A program made the translations under genes and the position numbers. A stretch of 64,000 bases of DNA from the NCBI GenBank assembly GCA_903813345.2, contig CAIIXF020000001.1, forward strand, positions 25,420,001 through 25,484,000, given 5' to 3'. This DNA is from Owenia fusiformis. Its lineage: Eukaryota. Below the pieces are notes generated by a model. The model was not told where the DNA came from and made no database searches. It was given only the letters and a program-made list of their open reading frames with translations. Every line of letters begins with the position of its first letter. Position 1 is the first letter of the stretch. Positions 25,346 through 36,365 of this stretch are shown here, piece by piece.

Positions 25346-25825
25346 TTATACAATTTATAAATCACAGACCGTTATTCTAAGCACAAGAACTATACTATAA
25401 TTTTACTGTAGATGACGGTGTTTAATTAGTGTAATTACGCAAATGTGTTTTTCAGATTTTGTTTGATTTTTCAAATATGATCCAAGCAGATTCAACAAAA
25501 TTGTGTGGAATATTTAGGTAATTTATGATTGGGATTGTTAGTTTTCTTACCATTTAAAACACTTAATTGCCAGATGTTTTCCATTAGTCGGGTTTGAACA
25601 AGAGATAGTTCACAGAATATTTCAAAAATTTATAGAAGCAATCTTTAGGTGGTTTTCAAAACTTCATACCATCCTTTTGAGAACCTGAAGTGGCACCAAG
25701 CAATCCATTGACTGTTTCACCAAAAATCCAAGATGGCCGCCACAATGTATCGACAAATCACTAAAATTGACTAATTAACTTGTCAAAATCGTTAAATACT
25801 GGTCAAACATGACATGCATTTAAAG

Positions 25826-25891
25826 TCACTAGATTATTTTTGTTTGAAAACTGGAGTCCCACAAGGCTCAACTTTATGTCCCCTACTTTTT
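25826..25891 (+). mobile_element. Small fragment of an older LINE reverse transcriptase (CR1/L2-like)
   Basis: SLDYFCLKTGVPQGSTLCPLLF, matching the GVPQGSxLxPLLF motif. Confidence 0.6.
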
Positions 25892-25966
25892 TAGTCAAAT
25901 GACTTTCATTGACCATGGCATTTGTACATTGCAATGTATAGAAATCCATTTTTGTAACATGTGCGT

Positions 25967-28900
25967 GTTATTTGGATGATACGATACTGTTGTAAACTAA
26001 TCATATGCCTAAAAGTATATATTGGATATAAATTATTTAATACTACATATTTTTATAGTTTAAACCACAAAATGAACAGGCGCTAGATCGATGATGAATT
26101 TTAATATGCTATCTTTTAATGTTAGGGGCTTGGTGAATCAAAATAAACGGGATACGGTTATGAATTGGGTAAAAAGTAAAAACAAAGACATTACCTTTTT
26201 ACAAGAAACCCACAGTACACACGAAATTGAAAATACATATAATAATAACTGGAAAGGTGATATATATTTTTCACATGGGTCCTCTAAAAGTAGAGGAGTA
26301 ATGATATTAATAAAAGACTCTCTTGATATTAAGGTCAAACGACACATTTCTGATAAAAATGGGCGGTTTCTTATTTTAGACACTGAGATTCAAAATGAAC
26401 GCTTTCTTTTGATAAATGTTTATGGGCCAACCATCGAACAAGAAAAACTTCCATTTTGGACTGAATTCGCGCGTAAGATAAACGATGACACTCATTTGAT
26501 AATAGGCGGCGATTTCAATATCATATTCAGTGCAGATCTTGATAGATGTGGTGGAAATCATAAAGTTAATAAACAGATTATCAATTTTTTTGACACACTC
26601 ATGCTTAATTTAGACTTGGTCGATTTATGGCGTCTTAGAAACCCCAACAGAAAAAGATACACTTGGCGCCAGAAAAATCCTACAATAATGAGTAGGTTAG
26701 ATTTGTGGCTGTGTTCAGATAACCTCCAACATAATGTTGAGAAGATTGATATAGATACAGGTATTAAGTCGGATCATTCTCCTATAGTCATTTATTTTAA
26801 TAATATAAATAAAAAACCAGGCCCAAACCACTGGCGGTATAATAATAGCCTTTCAAATGACATTGATTTTAAACATGAACTTGGGCAAAATATTCCCAAA
26901 TGGTTAAATGAAGTTACAGAAATTGAAGATCAAAGAGTTGTCTGGGATTTTATTAAATACAAAATACGACACTTTACCATTGCTTATTCAAAGAAGAGGG
27001 CAAAGGCTAGAAAGAAAAACAAATGTGACCTAGAAAACAAACTTAATACGCTACAGAGCAATTTAGATAAAAATCCAAATGACATAGAAATTAAAAATGC
27101 ATACTACAAATGCCAATTAGAGCTTGAGACTCATTTTGACTATGTAACACAAGGTGAGAGAATTCGATCAAGATCTCAAGATTTTGTTGAAGGGGAGAAA
27201 GGCTCAAAATATTTTCTTCAACTAGAGAAACAAAATGCTGCAAAAAGTAACATAACACAATTAAAAAATGCAAATGGAGTAATATCTAAAGATTTTAAAA
27301 TAATTCAAAATAAAATCAAGGAATTTTATAAACAGCTTTATTCAAAATCAAAAGCAAATGTATATAATAAAAATGCAGATGTATTCTTAGAAAATAATAA
27401 TATTCCTAAGCTAACCGAGGAGGAAAAATTGTCTATGGAATGTCAAATCACAGAGCAAGAATGTTATAAAATTCTTCAAACTTTTAAAAATAATAAGTCC
27501 CCCGGAAGTGATGGTCTTACTATTGAATTTTATTCTACATTTTGGGAAAAGATAAAAACAACTTTTATGAATTCTATAGGTTTCACATTTAATAAAAAGG
27601 AAATGTCAGTTTCTCAGAGAGAAATCATTATGAAACTCATTCCGAAAAAAGGAAGAGATGTCATGTTTTTAAAAAACCAACGTCCGATTTCATTAATAAA
27701 TGTGGATGCAAAAATAATTTCCAAAGTTATGTGCAAGCGCATTGAATCTGTATTAGGCAAATTAATTAAATCAGATCAAGCAGCATTCATAAAAGAAAGA
27801 CAAATGGCTGGCTGAAATTATAAGATTAATAGATGACATGATGTTTTATACAGAAGATGAGAATATAGGGGGCGCTTTTGTAGCTGTTGACTTTCTCAAG
27901 GCATTTGATTCTCTAAGCCACGATTTTTTAATAAAAGCTTTAGAAAAACTAAATTTCGGAGAATATGTTATTTCGTGGGTTAAAATATTGTATTGTAATA
28001 TAACTGCCCAAGTTATGAATTTGGGGTTCTGTGGGGAAAAATTTAAAATAGAAAAGGGAATTAAACAAGGTGATCCTTTATCACCAGTACTCTTCATCAT
28101 TGCAGTAGAGTTTCTAGCCCAAAATATAAGAGATGATGCATTAATAAAAGGAATTCAAATTGGTAATAAAGAAATAAAACTGAGCATATATGCAGATGAT
28201 ATGACGTTGTTCGTTCGGGATAAAAACTCTATACTGCAGTCAATGAAAGTACTTGATAGCTTTGAAAAATGTAGTGGCCTTAAAACAAACTTAGACAAAA
28301 CTGAGCTCTTTACAATAGGAAGATTTAAAGATCAAATTTGGGACATTGAACACTTGAAACAAGTTCAAGAAATTAAAATTCTTGGAGTGTATTTTAATTA
28401 TGATAGAAAGCTCAAAGCAGAGAAAAATTTTAGGTCGACAATTAATCACCTTAAGCAGGTATTGAGCCTATGGCAAAGTAGAAATTTGACAATTTTAGGT
28501 AAAATACAGATCGTAAAAACTTTTGGGCTGTCAAAATTTAGCTTTATTAGTTCAGTTATTGAAACAGATGATTGTTATGTAAAGGAAATAAACGGAATTG
28601 TTTTTAAATTTATTTGGAACGGAAATGACAAGATTAAAAGAAAAGCTCTTATTTCAACAATTAAAAAAGGAGGACTCAATATGAGCGACCTCAAAACCAA
28701 AATTCAAACCTCTCAATTAAGATGGGCCCAAAAGCTTTTAAAGGATACTAAAAAGGAATCACAATGGACAATTATTCCAAATCATTATCTCCATAAATAT
28801 GGCGGGCTTTTACTTTTGCTAAACTGCAATTTTGACATAAATAAGCTAAATGCAATTAGCCCAAGATTTTATCATAATATTTTAAAGGCATATACGCTTA

Positions 28901-29879
28901 TAAGGAGACCAAAGAAAAATGCATTGGATGAAATAATTTGGAATAATGAGAACATTGTCATCAGAAATAAATCAATATTTTGGAAGGAATTTTATGATAA
29001 AGGTTTTCTAAGAATCAAAGATGTTATGCTTAATGGTATGGTTAAATCATGGAATCAGGTCAAAATGCAAACTGGACTTTCACACAATTATATGCTAAAA
29101 TGGTTTGGCCTCATTCAGGCAATACCATCAGATTGGTTAAGAGTACCGAATGGAAATATGAATGACCAGGTATCTCTAGATAATATAACAGTAATAAAAA
29201 GCGATACAGAAGTCAACTTTTTAAAATGTACATCTAGAGAATTTTATAAAATATTGCTGGAAGCTATTGCAGAATATCCAACAGCAAAACACACTTTATC
29301 AGATAAATATCATATTGAAGAAGAAGATTGGTCATTTTACTATGAACACTTTCATAAAACCCTGACATATTCAAAACATAAGGCATTTCAATATAAGCTC
29401 TTAAACAATATTTTGTATACAAATAGTGAACTTTTTCAATACAAAATAACTCCTTCACCAATGTGTGAGTTTTCCCATGTGAACATAGAAACTTGTGACC
29501 ACATCTTCTTTAATTGTGATTATACCAAACAGTTTTGGAAGTCATTAATAGATAATACATTAAAAGATCTCGAAAACTTTTCTCTGCTTACAGTATTATT
29601 TGGTAGCCCAAAATGGAGTGATTTTGAAAATATGGTAATTATTATAGGAAAGTACTACTTATATAATAAGAAAATGCAACAAGAGCCTCCAAATTATTAC
29701 AACTTTAAGGCATATTTAGATTATTGTTTAAAAATGAAAATAGATTTTAACAGTATGATGGTATGAGTGGAGAATGTGAATGAATGGGTAATGGAGTGAC
29801 TTTTATAATTTTTCACTTATATGTATACATTTTAAATTTGATGAATAAAAAAAAACAAAAAAGAAAAAAAACAAAAAAA
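25967..29879 (+). mobile_element. L1/Tx1-clade LINE, 5'-truncated (ORF2 only)
   Basis: TSD AACATGTGCGT (25956-25966, 29880-29890); AATAAA then A-rich tail at ~29844-29880; APE plus RT ORF2. Confidence 0.95.
26091..29766 (+). pseudogene. LINE ORF2 (APE endonuclease, reverse transcriptase, C-terminal zinc knuckle) with one frameshift
   Basis: SFNVRGL, FLQETH, GGDFN, SDH; KSPGSDG, RPISLIN, DFLKAFD, GIKQGDPLSP, YADD. A 4-bp duplication at 27807-27814 splits it into ORFs 26091-27815 and 27838-29766. Confidence 0.93.
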
Positions 29880-29897
29880 AACATGTGCGTCTAGGAC

Positions 29898-30870
29898 CTC
29901 ATTTCACCTTGCACTCACACTTGACCAATGCTTGGCATGCCTTAGCTGCTTGAGGAAAGCCTGTACATAGTGGCATCAGAAGGGACATGTCATACTGCCA
30001 GCCACATGTTGTGAACTCGATAACCATTTTGGTTATGGCACCAAACTAAACTGCCTTGGTTCGCAAGTTAAGATTTTCTGTGCAAGGGCTCCTTTTGTTG
30101 GTAGTACTTTAATTTGTCAATGACTGTATGACCGTTACAGAACATTAGCCTTCGTGCTGCATTGATATATAGCTGCTGGTTGCTGGTTCGATCAAATACT
30201 AAACCAGTAAAATGTTCCAGGGACTGAATGACTTGAACTGACAAAGGCAGGTTTGTTGTAACCATTTGTGCCACTTGTAGAAAAGCTGGAGTAACTTCCT
30301 TGAACACATTCCATAGATTGAAGGGCAGATTCTTAGCTATGGCCAAAGAATCGTGCAGTTCATATAATATAATTTAATACCTGTAATTTTTGAGAGGTCC
30401 GAAGGCAATCCAGATTGACACCTATTGCACCCTAATGCTGCAGCCATGGCAAGAAAAAGGACATCAGTATCTCCACTTCTGATTATGAAGTATTTTCTAC
30501 CCTCTGAGGTCATCTGTTTTATATGAACAAAGAGCCTAGTGTCAGCTTTTTCATGAGTACAAGGATCAATCATTGCTGTATCTGGCAATTGAGGAAAGCA
30601 CTGAAGATATTCCCAAATAGTAGTTATCATTTGCTTTTCATTAACAACAACCTCAGACATAAAGTTGGCCAGGAATGCAAACAGCCTAGTCTGGTTCCAT
30701 TGGTTGTTAGAAAGGCTGGCCAATTCTTTGGCATTTGTGCATCTCTGCATAAATCATCCTTCTTGCACCAGTGCCACAATAAATCCTTGTTAGGGACTTC
30801 TCACTGTTTTGTAGGTAAATGTAAACATTCCAGACAACATCTAATCTTAGGAATCACTGCAGATGATTCT
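29898..30870 (-). mobile_element. Degenerate Academ-like transposon protein fragment (XPG/PIN-like region plus Cys-rich end)
   Basis: DPCTHEKADTRLFVH...IIRSGDTDVLFLA; INAARRLMF; PQAAKACQALVKCECK; multiple frameshifts. Confidence 0.7.
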
Positions 30871-31042
30871 TTGTTTTTTTCTCCCAAGACCACACCAACT
30901 ATGCATGCAAGTGAATCCTGAAGTCAAGGATCTGAGAAATGATTATGACCTTTTTGCCATTACTCTAGATTGCATGCCAATCAAGACACAATGACATGTT
31001 TTTCAAATATGAAAACCATGAGTTCCCGCCATCCCTACCTAA

Positions 31043-33003
31043 TGCCTAGGTCACATAGCCGCCGGGCGCCGGCCGATGAGTAGTCATCGGCCGATTTCTA
31101 AATCGACCGGGCGCCGGTGACTTTTCACCGATGTCTTGATCTAATCGTGAGTATGGTCACATTAGTACAGGCATCGTACGGCGCCCGCAATCAATTGAAT
31201 CTGAAAGACATCGCACGGGTATCGCAAGGCTATCTGCCGATGGCCGTACGGCACCCGCAAGGACATCGGTCGATCTACAGGCCTCTAGATTTATACTAAA
31301 TTCTTGTATGACCCAGTATGACTGTTCCACATGGCGTGAATGCAAGATTCGAAAACGAAATACTTCGATAGACAGGACTTCCAGGATAATAATCTTTTCA
31401 TGCAATAAAAATCAGAAAAAGAAGATCCTCTGTTCGAGTAAATAGGTTCAATATTTAGAAAAAAATGCTGACATGGGGTCCCTATTCATAATTTTTCAAA
31501 TTGTTTGATTGATATTTTTACTATCATGGGTACTCCAATTGAAAGAAAACACATTGTTTTAATAAAAACACTGTATTTATGCCCAGAAAGTACTCATGGT
31601 GAAAGTTATGACCGTCTAAAATCACTTGCCATACTGCACGTGGTCTTTTCATCAAAGTGCACCCTGACCTTAATTCATTTTTAGATCTTTCATATAAACA
31701 AATACTATGTCTACCTGTCCATCCGATACTATTAGCAAAATTCCATATTTCTGCATCTTTCTTTTGTCTGTTCTCGTAAAGAGAATTTGTTTGGTCATAA
31801 AAATATGGCCTATCTTCAAAGAAATTGGCAATTTTTTCTTCTATTTCAAATTGAGTACCCTCTTCCCTAGACACATCTAGAGTCCATTTCACTGCTTCAT
31901 TTCGTCATTTGTATATCTTGGATTGCTTCTAGTTTGGCTTATAAAGTGTGTGGCCTCTTATATTTGGATGTTTCTCTGCCATGTTATTTTCAATAAGATT
32001 AACATGGCTGAAATTCTTCAAATTACAAGACGGCACAGGCTTATTGCACAAAAAACTAAAAGATCTGAAATATACAAATGTCATTCATGTACATTATGAA
32101 TATACTTTTCCATATATTATTGCACAATGGTCTCCCAATTTCTTATTTTTGCCGTTCTACTGACGAAATGAAGCAGTGAAATGGACTCTAAATCTCCATC
32201 ATCCGCCAGCTCGATCACTAGCATTGTAATTGTCTTTTCCACCTGTCTTTCCAAGGCCTTCCTCATATATGGCCCATTGGCCTTATCCCCTCTTTCCTTA
32301 GCCTTTGGCATATTAACTAATTATTGAGACAGTGAACTTCGTATTAAAATTGTGACCCTTCAAAATACTGTACTCACAAAATCAGTCAGAAGGTTTTTAA
32401 AATAAATGATTTGTAATGGTATATGCATGAGTGAATATACGTATAAAAATGTATCACTCTATTCAATGTGTATGACAGACATGTACACGATTAATGTCAA
32501 TATAAGAACGAATTGATCAACCCACCCACCCAGCCATTCAAATGTGTGCCATTGTTTTACAGTAAGCCTAATCGTTCCATTTATGTTTTATAAAAAATCT
32601 CTGACAGTGTGTAGTAATTATAATTCCTTACTTCATTATTTCTAGAACCTTTATATCACTTTATAAGTAATCATTATTAAGATTTATCAAACAAATCAGC
32701 ACGCAAAATCCCAAGATGACCGTGCGATGCCACCGGGCGCCGTAAGATAATCGTACGATGACCGGACGGGACACGGCCGGTTAGGTACCGATGAGTTTGG
32801 TTGAGAAAAAATCGCCAAGACATCGGCAACTTTTATCTCCGCGATAAAACTCTGCCGGCGCCCGTACGATGTCTAAAAATCGGCCGATGAGTGGCGATCA
32901 TCGCCCGGCGCCCGTACGATGCCCGGGCTCGCCGGCCGATTTTGAACAAAATACTCATCGGCCGGGCGCCGTAGTGAAAATCGGAGCTTATGTGACCAAG
33001 GCA
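31043..33003 (-). mobile_element. Non-autonomous PIF/Harbinger element with MADF/Myb-SANT ORF remnant
   Basis: TSD TAA (31040-31042, 33004-33006); TIR TGCCT(A/T)GGTCACATA; GC-rich subterminal repeats; EEKIANFFEDRPYFYDQTNSLYENRQKKDAEIWNFANSIG. Confidence 0.9.
31878..32190. mobile_element. Academ-like MITE nested in the Harbinger MADF ORF
   Basis: Perfect 30-bp TIR TAGAGTCCATTTCACTGCTTCATTTCGTCA; flanks CATC/AATC; removing it restores the reading frame. Confidence 0.8.
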
Positions 33004-33016
33004 TAAGCACGGAGTC

Positions 33017-33430
33017 ATGAGACTTACAACAAAAGCAGACTTACTTAAATGTCAAGAAGCTAAGCCAGCTGGATCTGAAGTATTGGAAAAGCCACCTACA
33101 GATGCAATTTTAATAGATGGCATCCTTATGGTCCATGTGATGCATCCTGGTGTGGCTACCAACTTCCAAGAATATGGTACCAATGTCTCATCCCAAGTAA
33201 GGCAGCCTATTGAAGGTGTTTCAAGATAAAATGTTATCTGGGGTGTTTACCTATAAAACAGTAGGAAGTCCCTGACAAGGATTCATGGAATTGGTTAGGG
33301 TTTCTAAGAAACAACCAGAACAAGACTGAGCTGTTAGCATTCCTGGCCAACTCTATTTTTGAGGTTGATGTTTATATGACTATTGTGGAATCTGTTAAGT
33401 GCTTTCCTCAGTTGCCAGTAACAGTTATCA
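33017..33430 (+). mobile_element. Second degenerate Academ-like fragment, opposite orientation
   Basis: KADLLKC...DAILIDGILMVH...TNFQEY...FLRNNQNKTELLAFLAN; DNA similarity to the reverse complement of ~30590-30720. Confidence 0.6.
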
Positions 33431-35819
33431 CGCCCGGTGATAGTACAAATGGATGGAGGGGGGGGGGATTAGGCAATTTCTGCAAGAAAACACAACACAT
33501 TTGGAAGATTTATTTTTTCAAGAGAAAATTTACTACTGAATTGCCAAATAAATAGGCCCAGTGCATGGCAAAATATGTTAGGCCATCTAGTATTTTTTGA
33601 ACTGATACCCTTCTAAGAGATGAGATCTATGAAAAAAGGCGCATAATATGACTAGGGGTTAAGAAAGGGGAAAAAACAAGGAACAAACAACATTATATAT
33701 AGAACATTTTATATATTCTCAAATAACTTTTATAAATCAAATTCAGGAAATTAAGTTCCTTTTCTATGTATTCTATGTATATATGTCAACCATTTAACTT
33801 TTAGATACCCAGAGCGATTACAGAAGGATGTGTCCAATGCATACTTATTAAAATCATAAATTGCATATTTAAGCTAGAATCAGATATGTAAGATTAGATA
33901 ATATTTATGGGTTCAAAACAACGTACGCGTGTACCTTTCAATTTAAGTATAAGACTTCAAAAGATACACGCTTGCTCTCTATATCTGCTTTTACCCTAAA
34001 GTTAATAATTCACGGGTATGCAAGAATAAAAGGACTGCAGTCATAACAGTATATGCGCAAATATGAAGCATGCTGTCGACATAGTTATGTTTGTCCTATT
34101 AACAATTCACAAAACACTATCAATAAATACAAAAACAAAAAAATAAATAATAACAAAAACATATCATAACATGGTGTTTCTATAAACTAGAATAAAATCA
34201 ATTCCTTGTCGATTGGAATCGTTAAGCTATTGGATACCCAGAACAATCGAAGAATGTGTCTATCGTTATTCGTTATTAATCATTTTTAATCACGTGTTTC
34301 ATATAAAAGCTAGAATCAGACGTAAACCTTAGAATAAGTGAAGACAACTTCACCGTTTGCAATTATCTCAAAAAGTATTTATTATGTGAATTACTAAGAG
34401 TTTTAACAATAAAGATATATATACATGTACATGTATTGTCATGATTGGTGACACTATATAGTTTAACAGCAGTCCGGCATACATAGATTTTATATCCAAA
34501 TTAGGGAGGTTTTGGATACAATGTTCCCTAAGGGAAACATAAACATAGAGCAAAATTGTATTGTCTAGAAATGGTATCAGATGATATATAAAAATAAATA
34601 ATCAAATAACTTATTCGGAAATGTTATGCTCTGGCATTCCAGGAATTATAAGGACAAAGTCCCAATTATTATAAAGAAGACGAATCGTACTCTTTTCAAC
34701 AAAAACAGGCTACCAATAATACGAAAACGAAAAATGATAAGTTTTTTTTACCTAGCATGATGTTTCTAGTTGAACTAGAACAGAATCAAGCTAGGACACC
34801 TAACAGTGAAACGCGTATATCTAGTGTCATACTATTTTTTCACCCCTGCTCTCCTCCAGAAATAATATATGTGCATGATTTAACCTTTTAGAAGCCTAAA
34901 TAGTGCTCAGCCTCATATACAAATACATGGCTTTTTTACAAGGAAACATCAAGAGATAAATAATATACTTTATATCTTGTGGATTTTCCAATATCAAGTG
35001 TAAGTCGTGTAAAGCAAAAATATAGTATTCTGAATCAAATTATATAACATGATTTTTTGAAAAAATAACCCTACGTTGTGATTGAAATCGAAAAAGCAAT
35101 TTGGCGTGTTGAAAAGGTCAAATGTAGAATCTGTGGGAGAGGAGGTGAAAAAGTGCAGAATAATCTCAGTCTCTATCATAATGATAAGAACGAAGTTTTC
35201 TCAAGCAGTGAATTTTGTGCAATCCATCAGCTATCATAGAATTTCAAAGTAATATTTTTCACATCGTTGAGTCTCATATGGACCATAAAAATACACCATT
35301 ACTCAAATATATGGAGTTTAATTTACGATTAATTTCCTCGATATCAATATGCTCTCAAATAATTTATGGAGATTTTTTAATTTTTTCACAGCTTGTTCAG
35401 GAATAATTGACCATTCTTTTTAATTTCCCTGGAATCATTCGTTCGAAACGTACCAGTAAAAGAGAGTGTTCCTAAAATTAATTAAAATGTCCTGCAAAAC
35501 TTTCTTAACTGGACATTCTATTTTTGGTAAACTTTCATTAAAGAAAAGTACTAGTCTACATGAATTTGCCAATATACCAGACAATTGAGCAATATTGCAT
35601 AACACAAAGTGTTTTCTGCAATATTGACTTCGGCAAAAATCTTCTGCAAACACTGGATCATTAGACTCACTTTCTATTTTTAGATACATTCAGTAACTGA
35701 CTATAAAAATCGAAGTAATATTTCTCGACTAGCATATAATCAAGAAAAGTATTATCTCAATCATTCACCATGTCATATGTATTAGACAATATCACTTAGT
35801 CCATAGTAACAACAATGTG

Positions 35820-36365
35820 TTACACATCATCGTCTATTGTATAATCTTCAATAGTATAATAATCCAAAGTAGTGTTTTCCGCAGTATTATCCAATTATAA
35901 AGGCTGAAATATGGCCAAAACAGTACCATTTAGTAACAATAATTGATTCATACATCATGATCAACTATCATATAATCTTCCACTATATAATCCAACGCAG
36001 TGTTTTCACTTTCCAAGGGCAAAGCAGTATTATCCGAATGAAGAGCATGAATATAGTACAATACGGCCAAAACAATGTCATTTAATCAAGTAACAGTTAT
36101 TGTTTTACACATCATGGTCAACTATTGCATAATCTTCCACTATTTAATCCGACGCAGTGTTTTCACTTTCCAAGGGCAAAGCAGTATTATCCGAATGAAG
36201 AGGCCTGAATATAGTACAATACGGCCAAAACAATGTCATTTAATCAAGTAACAGTTATTGTTTTACACATCATGGTCAACTATTGCATAATCTTCCACTA
36301 TATAATCCAACGTAGTGTTTTCACTTTCCCAAAGCGAAGCAGTATTATCCGATTGTAAAGGCTGA
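35820..36365 (-). repeat. Four tandem ~158-bp copies of the mucin C-terminal coding segment plus stop
   Basis: Stops at 36263, 36105, 35948 and 35820, each preceded by ...EDYxI(V)D(H/D)DV. Confidence 0.88.

Noticed and set aside
33800-34335. Two diverged ~110-bp similar segments (gatacccaga...aagctagaatcaga)
   Set aside because: Old local duplication with no coding or structural signal.
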